From positions 496,001 through 560,000 of the forward strand of contig CM082592.2 of assembly GCA_040954595.2 (NCBI GenBank): a stretch of 64,000 nucleotides of DNA. The letters are read 5' to 3'. Shown here one piece after another: positions 12,713 to 23,451 of the stretch. The translations under genes were made by a program, and so were the position numbers. Every line of letters begins with the position of its first letter. Positions within the stretch are counted from its first letter, which is position 1. Source of the DNA: Balanoglossus misakiensis. Its lineage: Eukaryota > Animalia > Hemichordata. The notes under the pieces are model-generated. The model saw only the letters and a list, made by a program, of their open reading frames with translations. It was not told where the DNA came from and made no database searches.

Positions 12713-12965
12713 TAGCAGAATAGACATTTTGCCAATAAATACAATTGGTATTGACTAGAAGTGCCTGATCATTCGAATATTTATTCGGAGAACCTGCTCC
12801 ATCATTTATAGTAGTTAATTAATCATGTCTAACCTGTTCTGAATTCAATGCCTGTTCAGCAGTACATTCTTTCATGGATTCCTCACATGAAGCTGCCACC
12901 TCCTCCACCACTGTTATGTCAACAGAATTTTCAACCGCAATCACTTCTACATCTTCATTGACACC

Positions 12966-13022
12966 ATCACAGGACACAGGATCACATGACACAGGATCAC
13001 AGGACACAGGATCACAGGACAC
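12966..13022 (-). repeat. 15-bp coding minisatellite (VSCDP)x4 in an exon of the accessory gene
   Basis: Tandem GGATCACAGGACACA units, in frame in exon 12834-13043. Confidence 0.75.
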
Positions 13023-13708
13023 TAACTTTTCATTGTCAGTACCCTATAACAGAAAATAAAAAAATGAAATATCTATCTGGCTGTAATTATGATTTTGTAA
13101 AATGTTGCTGTTTTGTGCTTAAACTATATTTTTTGTTCCCCATAAATTTTGTTGAAATGTCAAGATTTCAATTCATCGCCAGTAGATACTGTATGCCACA
13201 CTGTATTACAAACCATGACATCACTGGCAGACTAAATTTCACATGTTAAAATATTCATGCCATTATACCTTGACCATTTCTTGTTCTTGTTCAGGTTCCT
13301 CTTGCTGCTCGAACTCTTTGTCTTGCAGTTGCAGCTTCTTTTGAACAAAGGATGCTTTCAAAGAATGTTTTGCTGTGGAATACAAAAAAAAAATACAGAA
13401 TACAGAAATGCCCTGAAAATTGATAAGCACATCAGCATAGCTCACATATGCATAAAGAAACTGTTAATTATTTACTACTGAGTTTTAGTCCATACTAAAA
13501 TCATTTCTCAATGTTGACTATACAAAGACCAGATGTTCTCGTAGGAGGATCCTTAAACCTTTGGCAATGAAACTACAAACCATAGTTCTAACCTGGGACT
13601 ACACATAACAAAAGGACAGATTTACTCTGGAAAATAGGTCATTAAAGGGACAATGTCTCTCTCTTGCTGCCCCTTTTCCATTAATTATGTTTGATACAAG
13701 ACACCGTT

Positions 13709-13930
13709 TATGTTATTATATGTGTGGATATATAGTGAATCAACGTTCAACCACACACACCTTCCACTCGGCTTGAAGACATGAGTGAAAAAAAATCGCC
13801 AAAATGAATAATATTCCTCTACCATTTTTTCATTTGGGGCGAGTTTTTATTCTCATATCATCATACAAGTGAAATGGAAGTTGTGTGTGGTCGAATGTTG
13901 ATTCGCTGTATGTCTACATGTAAAAACATA
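13709..13930. mobile_element. Old fold-back/MITE
   Basis: Imperfect inverted arms, e.g. gaatcaacgttcaaccacacacaccttcca vs tggaagttgtgtgtggtcgaatgttgattc. Confidence 0.55.
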
Positions 13931-13949
13931 GCAACATAGCAATAAGCAT

Positions 13950-14903
13950 ATCTGCTCTGGATGCCAAGATATGGAAAAGTAGGTCAAAGGTCACCTGAGG
14001 TCATGCAAAATTTGGGCATAAAATTTTGACCCTATACTGGTCCATGTTCAACAAAAACCAAACCTATAGCCCTATTGGTTAGCCTGGAATTAGGTATGCA
14101 CATAATTAATGAGATATGCAAGTGTCACAGGTGACCCCCAATTTTGGCTTTTCAATTTTAGTCCCAACCCTCCAAACGCGAAGTCTCTACCTGCTCTGGA
14201 TGCCAAGATATGATAAAGTAGGTCAAAGGTCACCTGAGGTCATGCAAAATTTGGACAAGAAATTTTGACCTTATACTGGTCCATGTTCAATAAAAACCAA
14301 ACCTATAGCCTTATTGGTTAGCCTGGAATTAGGTATGCACATAATTAATGTGTTAAGCAGGTGTTACAGGTGAGCCCAGAAATTTGCCTTTTATTTTGGC
14401 CCCATTGTGCTCACTGACCAATAGACAGTCACTGTACAGGACTATTGCACAGACCAGAACTCCACAATAAGACGTGGACATAGCTTAACCATAGAGGTAT
14501 AAGTAAAGGTATAAATTTAATAAAAAGACTAAAAAATTCATAAAAAATAAAACATCCATGATATTAACTTAACACTTACAGGTCGATGTGAGGTTGACAT
14601 AAGGTACATGCATACCAATTTTTAAAGCAATCTGAGCAGTAGTTGTTGACTTTCAGAGTTTTGATAAATTTCACATTTTACTGGCTAATTTGCATATTTT
14701 TGGGCCTGGCAACTTCGTTTGGACAAACTCCCATCTACAGCCCTGCCTGCATCTGCACACCAAATATCAAGGTGATACGCGCAGCGGTTTTCAAGTTTTT
14801 GATGTGGACGGACATACAGACATACATACATACATCCATACAGACGCAACCCATCCCATAAGGTCCCATGGTATATAGGCCTATACCAATGGGACCTAAT
14901 AAC
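13950..14903 (+). mobile_element. Helentron/DINE-like non-autonomous element remnant
   Basis: Internal ~239-bp tandem repeat (13952 and 14191), a (GACA/TACA)n microsatellite at ~14806-14845, and a 3' stem-loop AGGTCCCATGGTATA…TATACCAATGGGACCT (14861-14897) followed by an A-rich tract. A related 3' end lies at 18371-18437. Confidence 0.55.
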
Positions 14904-17900
14904 ACAAACAATATCTTGTATCAAACATAATTAATGTAAAAAAGCAGCAAGAAGCAGAGAGAGACTTTGCCTTAAGGGGTCACTGATAGACAAGGCTGAA
15001 ACTTTTTTAGTGCAACCTTTGAGTCAGATAATCAAGTTAATCAAGTATAATGCACCTGTGCACTTACACAATCAAAGTGGTGGAACTTGGAGGTAGCATT
15101 GTTGGAATAAAAGTGCCCATACTTGGGCCATTGTCACATGACCAGACAGGTACCACTATCCTGCAATTTTGCAAATACATGTCTAAAATGGCATTTGTTG
15201 AATTTGTTATGTTCATGCCAGGCTTTGCATAATGGCATGATAGCATGAATATACCAACCATAAAGTCCACCATGCCAATGATACCCACTGGATAATGGGG
15301 TCTGCCCAGTCATGTGACAATGACAGAAATGGCGCTTTTCTTCCAACAAAACAAGTTCTGCCACTTCTATTTTTGTCTGTTTTTGTTTAAAAAGAAGCAA
15401 GTGAATAATAAAAAACTACCATGACTTTTTAACCTGGATAATCCAACACAAAACGGGCACAAAGAAAAAAAACAACCTTTCAATTTATCCAGTTAAATAC
15501 TTGACACAACTTGTGACAATGTAAATAGACATGATTTACTCACTCTGCCCAACTGCAAACATGAAGACTGGCAACTTGTCTGTCTTCGCCTTCATACTTT
15601 TGTATTTTGCCTTCAGGTCTTTTAATTGGAAATTCATTGGGTCCTTCATCCTTATGAACACTCCTATGTCATTCATCTCATAAGGTACAAAATCCACGTC
15701 GATGAAGTGTGCCGATACACTCTGGGCCCAGTGCATGGCATTTGAGCCACTGTCCACGGTAATGGCCACCTGACTTTTTCTGCCGACAGCTGATGGTAGT
15801 ACTGCCCCCATTTTCTTTAGAACTCCTTTACTGTCTTTTATCAGTGGTGTAACATTTAACACCTGAATGAAAATGTTACAAAATAGGGTAAACATCAAAA
15901 TTTTAATAAATGTATGTAAAATGGCATGAATATAAACTTAAATTTTCATAAAATCAGGAAATAACTAACAAGGAAAAGACTTGTACATTGCATGGATATG
16001 AAGAAAACATGTGTTATAACTCCTAGCAATTACGTATAATGCTTAAAGGCTGAACTGTACATAACCTTGGTCTATACTTTCCTGTGTATGTATACTCTAC
16101 ACTTCTATTCTATTCCCTAAAGCATGATGAAATTACCAGTGTCTAGAATGTTTACCTTGTCTGTAAATTAGATGATGAGAAATTAAATACATGTACTGGG
16201 CAATTCATCATGCTATTGCGTGTAGAATGGAAAGAAAACAAAAGTGTAGACAAAATACAAAAAGGTTAGTGGTGGGGGGGGGGGACTAAAAACTTCCCAA
16301 AATACTTCAAGAAAGGCAGTTCTTATCTTTCTTCATGTATGTATCATTTGGATTGCAATTCCTACCTGTTGTTCTGGTGGCTTTGGAACAGATCGCTTCA
16401 GTCTCTTTGATTTTACTTCAGCCTCTTTCATCTGAAACTGTTCGGCTAGTCGCCCCAATGCTTCTTGACTCTCTTTCAAGGGATAAAAAACATTAAGTGT
16501 TACTTAAATTGTTTGAACAGTTGCACTTTTTTCAATGAGTTGGATATTCCATAGGCATCAAGTGAGAAAGCAACTGTGCTGAAAAATACGAATTCTAGAA
16601 AACAATTTTTGTGAATTATCCAAATTGACGAGTGCAAAATTTCCAAGGGAAAAAGTATCTTCCTACATTTACAGTACATTTCACATTTACCTTTGGTCAG
16701 GTCTTCTTTTCTCTTATACATCTGAAATGATATTAAAAGCATAACATAAAATAACTATCTGTTGTACCTCATCTCCTACTGGCAACACTGAACATTTCTA
16801 CATGCTGCCGCCAATAGAACAAACTATTAGTTGATACACCCAGTAGAATATAAATGCCATACAAGTTGTCAAAAGTGCTTTTATACACCAAGTATTCTGC
16901 TAGAAGACACAGTATGCATATGTTTAAAGGCTGTTGTTGACTTGAACTCTATTTTCTATGATAACAGCAATCGCATCATGTATTGACAATGAAATCCATG
17001 ACTAGACTCAAACCAGAAACTAGCTGACACAACAGAGCTTTACACAATACAAAGCATAAAGAAGCATTGAAATCATCCATATTGCTTACATGTGATATAT
17101 GGCTTATGACAGTCCAAATTTCATTGCGACGCCGTTTCACTCAGATCAATTGGTCATAGTGGAGTGGAAATGTGGTGGTTTATGAGAGTTCATACTGGCA
17201 GTTCAATCACATATAATTGACGGAGTTGGTGCCCATGACAGTATAAAGCAGTAGTTAATCAAATTTTGTCAACAGTACTACATGTACTTGGAAATTATTT
17301 ACAGAACTATAAAATAAGCCAAGATACATTTCTCTCAAATCAGTGTTGCAATTGAGCATTTATATAATAAAATGATGAAGCAGTATTTGTCACAGACATA
17401 TGTTGTAAGTAGCAAAAGAAACAGTTTAGGTATTTTGATAGGGTTCGATAACTCAGCTGCTAACATTTGCAAAGTGCCTATAGTGTAAGGGCCTGGAATT
17501 ATCATGACAATTTCAGAATCAAAGAGAAAAATACCGTCAAGGACAGTGTGGTCCCGTTTAAGGATTACGGAAGGAAAGGTTTTCACCAGAATACACACAC
17601 ACAGATCAACAGGCAAACACTGACTGGCCATGCATTGACTGACTCGTTAGCTGCCAATGGCATGTGTACTGTGCACACACCAAATAGAACAGCAAATAGA
17701 ACTGTCTCTTGACAGATGGGCTAAGTTATATAAACATGTAGACATTTTCTGTGTAAAAAAACTCATTAGGGGATTTCATCTAACTTGCAAAGAACAATGT
17801 TCAGGATATTTTTCTGCTTGAGATAAAAAAAATTGTGGTAAATGTATAAGACAAAATGTCATAAAATACAACAATTCAAATTTTACTTTGATTTGATCCC

Positions 17901-18370
17901 ATTATAATTATAAAGGAGCACATCCCGTTGACTCACAACTCAAATTTTACAGAAATCAATTGAAAACTTTCTGATATCAACTAATACATGGAAACCTAGA
18001 AAACATAATACAAAAATACAAGATTTTCATTTTCACTATAATTTTGATATATCATAATAACAATCCCCAAAGGAAACTACATTTAGTAAATTGCAAAGCA
18101 ATTGGATGGACAACCCGTTTCAGAGAAATTGATTTTTGTACCAAAAATGGAAAAAACAGCCACAAGAATACGAAATCTACACTTTCATTAAATGGTCTGC
18201 AAATTTCAAAGCAATCAGGGTAGAGGCTTTTGAGAAATATTTTTTGACCAAGAATGTCCTAAATTATCCCAAAAATATACAATTGATTTCTTCCCCTTGA
18301 TTTGAAAAACAAAATCAAGGAAACTACATCTGATGCACACCCTCAAATGAAATTTCTGATAAATACTATT

Positions 18371-18437
18371 ACAGACGCAACCAATCCCATAAGGTTCCAA
18401 TGGTATATATGCATATACCAAATGGGACCTGGTAAAA
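18371..18437 (+). mobile_element. 3' end (stem-loop) of a second copy of the Helentron/DINE-like family
   Basis: acagacgcaacc…cccataaggttccaatggtata…tataccaaatgggacct matches 14840-14897; its 5' extent was not determined. Confidence 0.5.
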
Positions 18438-18538
18438 CACATATCAACCCTCAAGAATTACAAATTGATTTCATCAAAATTCAGTCAAGATGGGTGCCAG
18501 AAACCAATACACCATGTCCTGCCAAACAACACCTTTAT

Positions 18539-19824
18539 TTATATATCAAAGAATATTAGTGATGAGATTTGCCCCTGACTGACATCTGTGCCATTGCTCA
18601 GACCTTGCATACGAAATTTTTAAATGTCACCCAGAAATCAGTACTTTTTAATGTTGTGATTCTTCGGCGAGAGATCCCACATGACCCGAATGATGTTTCT
18701 TTATTTCCTCTGATTTGACAGACAACTGAATAATCTACATTGGGTTGGATTTTAATCAGCTTACTGAAGACAACAGGAAAGGTAATCTGGGGGGAAGTGT
18801 TTGAGGCTTCTGTATTGTACACAACAGCTTGTTGATGATTTAATATTGTGACATGAGCATGGACACTTTCATCTGTATTTCCAAACACATAAACACCTAG
18901 CAGTGAGACAGGAACATCCACTGAAAAGGAAATCCTGTCACCCTCAAATTGGTTTCCTTTCCATGTGTTTGGATTTTTTTCATTGATGAAACGCCGCGCC
19001 ACAATGGCATTATTTGGAACCACATTTCTTGTGATTACATCCACATAACCAGGAACAGGAAAATTGCATCCAGGATGTCGAACTGCTTTTAATATCTGGA
19101 AGACATCTTCATAACACAAAATTTGTTCAGAAATTAGTCGATGAATACTTTCTTCACTTAACGACAAGAAACGGATGTGGGGAAGAAATGGCTCAAAACA
19201 AAAGGGGGCATCCATATCATTGCCATTGACACCCTGAAGTTTCCTTTCCACCCATAAAAACAATGCATTCAAAAGTGTGTCTTCCTTTACCGAAAGCGTC
19301 TGACGCTGAATTATTTTTACAACTATGCTTTCAGGAAGTTGAAGAAAATCTTCCAAAACTTGCTCAGAATTAAACAGTTTAACACCATTCTGATCAATTA
19401 TTGACAGACAGTGTTCAAAAGTACTATCTAACTGGTATTTCTGACAAAATACAAGGTCTCTAATACTGCGGGAAGTTACAATGTTGGAAATTAAAAATGA
19501 TTCACATTTCTCTTTTAAAGAATTTATCATGTAAAAGTTACATATCTCCACATAATCTTCAACATTTTCACTTGTAATATTTAACTTTTCAAAATAAAAA
19601 TCATCAATGACATTTTGCATGAGTAAGGGATCAAAGTCAGAACAATCAATGGTTTTGTCGTTGGCCCATTCCGAATGCAAACGGGCGGCAAACACATCCG
19701 AAAAAAGACACAACACCAATGAATGGGCCCTTCTCGTCTGACCATCTCTGAAGCGAAGGATGACATCATTTGCTACAGTGTCTTGGTTTCTATATGAAGT
19801 TTGCAATTTTTGGGCCAGTAACAT
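18539..19824 (-). CDS. BTB/POZ-BACK-PHR domain protein (BTBD1/2/3/6-like architecture), single coding exon, apparent 1-nt frameshift near the C-terminus
   Basis: BTB: DVILRF…RAHSLVLCLFSDVFAARL. BACK: FLQLP…KEDTLLNALFLW…LPHIRFLSLS. PHR: RRF…W…DRISFSVDVPVSLLGVYVFG. The likely start is ATG 19824, just after an acceptor (CTTGCAG). One extra A in the run at 18617-18621 restores …NGTDVSQGQISSLIFFDI* (typical PHR end), with the stop at 18539-18541. Confidence 0.85.
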
Positions 19825-19994
19825 GATGTCTGCAAGTGTAACAAAGGTATAACACCAGTATTGTATCAGTTTAGTTGTATATCGACACAAACTGAATAGC
19901 TCAGGGCCTAACTGTATCCTAATTATATTGGAAAATATCTGAATTGTTAGATTGTTCATTTTATCAGTTTATTACCATTTTGGTAGGAAATTCT

Positions 19995-22915
19995 AATTGT
20001 TCTCAAAAATTGCACAGACAAGTATTACATATACAACAGGCTTATTGCATCAAAACTAGAAAAACAAATAAACATGGAAACAAATTGGGTTATATTTGTC
20101 CCAGACAGAAATCTATGAACGGTTATGAAATCTGGCGACTTCTTGATGAAGTTTCTTTTAATTTAATTTCTGTAGTAAACTTAACTGTCAAAAGTTGTTT
20201 ATTTTATCATACCTTATTCAAATGTGAAATATCATAGTCGAAATTGGGGCATTATAGTGAAAAAATGTAAAATTACAGTTTATAAATTGGTTGGTAAATC
20301 GGAATAAATCATGTAAATTTACATGAATGTCATTAGAAAGAAAAGTCAAAGTTCAAATAAAGAGTTCAATCAAATTCATGGAGATTCCATGACAGTGTAT
20401 ATCATCTGTTACATTTCTTTTTGTTCTTTTCTAAATTATGTTGAACTCTCTTTTTTCAGCTTTTCAACATATTCCAGTGCATTATTATGACACTGTTGCT
20501 GAAAAAGGTCTGCAGACTTGTTCCTAAATTTACCACTTTAGGTGCAAACATTATACATGAAAACAAGAACACCACATCTAATTGAAATGCAGGTGTCCAT
20601 AGAAACCAACCAATAATGTAATCAACCCATGTTTTTTCAGCTGTGTCACTATCAGTTTCACTATCTGTAGGCTCATAAAACAAACAGCTATGGACTCCCA
20701 ACAGGAACCCAACTTGGGTTAACATTTGAACAGTAAAAAATGACCTATACCTCCCTGAACTGACTATTTTCTGTTCCCAAACTAAATTCCTGAACAAAAT
20801 TTCTTGTCCGTTTACAAATTGCAGCCACTTTTCCAAGGAGTACCAGTTAGATTTCCACACAGCCAGCCAGCGAACTCTGACCCTCACCCAAAATGGACAT
20901 TCAGTTAACTTCGTGCGAGCGCCATATTAGCATATCAATAGCAATCATTTCAAGTTGAGAACTTTCTCTGTGGATGATCGGCTGAAATACGTAAACTAAC
21001 CAGAGAATTTGTTCACGAAAAGAGTTTAGGAAACAGTAAATTAAAAAAGATAACACAGACGAGACAGTGGATTCGCAGGAAACTAGCGGAAAAGACTTGA
21101 CAAACGAACATAACTGTTCTTACCTTCACTACAACTTCGCTCCACAAGTTCTGTTTGCAGTGGTGAATTGTTCTCAAAAATTGCACAGACAAGTATTACA
21201 TATACAACAGGCTTATCGCATCAATACTAGAAAAAAAAAAAACATGGAAACAAATTGGGTTATATTTGTCCCAGACAGGAATCTATGAACGGTTATGAAA
21301 TCTGGCGACTTCTTGATGAAGTTTCTTTTAATTTAATTTCTGTAGTAAACTTAACTGTCAAAATTTGTTTATTTTATCATACCTTATTCAAGTGTGAAAT
21401 ATCATAGTCGAAATTGGGGCAAACATTATACATGAAAACAAGAACATCACATCTAATTGAAATGCAGGTGTCCATAGAAACCAACCAATAATGTAATCAA
21501 CCCATGTTTTTTCAGCTGTGTCACTATCAGTTTCACTATCTGTAGGCTCATAAAACAAACAGCTATGGACTCCCAACAGGAACCCAACTTGGGTTAACAT
21601 TTGAACAGTAAAAAATGACCTATACCTCCCTGAACTGACTATTTTCTGTTCCCAAACTAAATTCCTGAACAAAATTTCTTGTCCGTTTACAAATTGCAGC
21701 CACTTTTCCAAGGAGTACCAGTTAGATTTCCACACAGCCAGCCAGCGAACTCTGACCCTCACCCAAAATGGACATTCAGTTAACTTCGTGCGAGCGCCAT
21801 ATTAGCATATCAATAGCAATCATTTCAAGTTGAGAACTTTCTCTGTGGATGATCGGCTGAAATACGTAAACTAACCAGAGAATTTGTTCACGAAAAGAGT
21901 TTAGGAAACAGTAAATTAAAAAAGATAACACAGACGAGACAGTGGATTCGCAGGAAACTAGCGGAAAAGACTTGACAAACGAACATAACTGTTCTTACCT
22001 TCACTACAACTTCGCTCCACAAGTTCTGTTTGCAGTGGTGAATTGTTCTCAAAAATTGCACAGACAAGTATTACATATACAACAGGCTTATCGCATCAAT
22101 ACTAGAAAAAAAAAAAAACATGGAAACAAATTGGGTTATATTTGTCCCAGACAGGAATCTATGAACGGTTATGAAATCTGGCGACTTCTTGATGAAGTTT
22201 CTTTTAATTTAATTTCTGTAGTAAACTTAACTGTCAAAATTTGTTTATTTTATCATACCTTATTCAAGTGTGAAATATCATAGTCGAAATTGGGGCAAAC
22301 ATTATACATGAAAACAAGAACATCACATCTAATTGAAATGCAGGTGTCCATAGAAACTAACCAATAATGTGATCAACCCATGTTTTTTCAGCTGTGTCAC
22401 TATCAGTTTCACTATCTGTAGGCTCATAAAACAAACAGCTATGGACTCCCAACAGGAACCCAACTTGGGTTAACATTTGAACAGTAAAAAATGACCTATA
22501 CCTCCCTGAACTGACTATTTTCTGTTCCCAAACTAAATTCCTGAACAAAATTGTTTGTCCGTTTACAAATTGCAGCCACTTTTCCAAGGAGTACCAGTAA
22601 GATTTCCACACAGCCAGCCAGCGAACTCTGACCCTCACCCAAAATGGACATTCAGTTAACTTCGTGCGAGCGCCATATTAGCATATCAATAGCAATCATT
22701 TCAAGTTGAGAACTTTCTCTGTGGATGATCGGCTGAAATACGTAAACTAACCAGAGAATTTTTCACGAAAAGAGTTTAGGAAACAGTTATTTAAAAAAGA
22801 TAACACAGACGAGACAGTGAATTCGCAGGAAACTAGCGGAAAAGACTTGACAAACGAACATAACTTTTCTTACCTTCACTACAACTTCGCTCCACAAGTT
22901 CTGTTTGCAGTGGTG
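19995..22915. repeat. Tandem triplication next to the right TIR (1171 + 875 + 875 bp)
   Basis: aattgttctcaaaaattgcacagac starts at 19995, 21166 and 22041; units end ctgtttgcagtggtg. The first copy has ~296 extra bp. Confidence 0.9.
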
Positions 22916-22941
22916 ACTGCGCATGCTCAGAAAATCAGAGA

Positions 22942-23451
22942 AAACGCCGATGCGAGAAAACTCTTTAGCTGAAACGCCAATGCGCATGTGTAGAATGCCG
23001 GCGCGACAAAACTCTCCAGAAACGCCGATGCGAGAAAACTCTTTAGCTGAAACGCCAATGCGCATGTGTAGAATGCCGGCGCGACAAAACTCTCCAGAAA
23101 CGCCGATGCGAGAAAACTCTTTAGCTGAAACGCCAATGCGCATGTGTAGAATGCCGGTGCGACAAAACTCTCCAGAAACGCCGATGCGAGAAAACTCTAG
23201 CTGAAACGCCGATGCGACAACTCTGTAGAAACGCCGATGCGAGAACTCATCAAATCACCGGTTGTGATTTTGTCGGCGCCGGTAGATTGAGTAAAGGTGT
23301 CGGCAAAAATTTGGTTGTTACCGGCATTTTAGATTACGGCGTCGGCACCCAATGTGCGTCATATTTTCAGCATATGCGTTCCTATCATTTGTCTATGGAC
23401 TTTACCCATGTATTGAGAGAAGTTGTCGGGGGTCCCCAACGGCTTTCCATA
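22942..23451 (-). repeat. Right subterminal 78-bp repeats plus right TIR
   Basis: About three 78-bp units (GAAACGCCGATGCG motif), then the inverse of 1214-~1462. Confidence 0.92.

Larger units (their letters stand above)
11102..16721 (-). pseudogene. Spliced accessory gene with acidic/coiled-coil region and C-terminal UBX-like domain; probable in-frame stop
   Basis: Minus-strand GT-AG exons: 16691-16721, 16366-16472, 15544-15862, 15068-15366 (TGA at 15134-15136), ~13270-13373, 12834-13043, 12318-12359, 11833-11955, 11454-11633, 11102-11167. The C-terminus EREKQAQRKLQRKDAAQARAENIRLP…ERPFRDLDTLKDVFDWI…FFLQCFDPP…LPEMMLVKE resembles coiled-coil plus UBX. The splice phase between the 15068 and 13373 exons is unresolved, and an exon upstream of 16721 is likely. 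Confidence 0.6.
1214..23451 (+). mobile_element. 22.2-kb TIR DNA transposon, IS3EU-like, carrying cargo genes
   Basis: Termini are TATGGAAAGCCGTTGGGGACCCCCGAC…GTCGGGGGTCCCCAACGGCTTTCCATA. The 6-bp TSD GTCTGT lies at 1208-1213 and 23452-23457, and the empty site gctagtgtctgtcatgg occurs in other satellite units. It contains an integrase-like DDE transposase. TAY..RTA termini with a 6-bp TSD match the described IS3EU superfamily. Confidence 0.92.

Noticed and set aside
15128-15322. Short inverted repeat (cattgtcacatgac / gtcatgtgacaatg) as a MITE or inversion
   Set aside because: No TSD was seen and the reading frame runs through the segment between plausible splice sites; it was left as part of the exon, with uncertainty.
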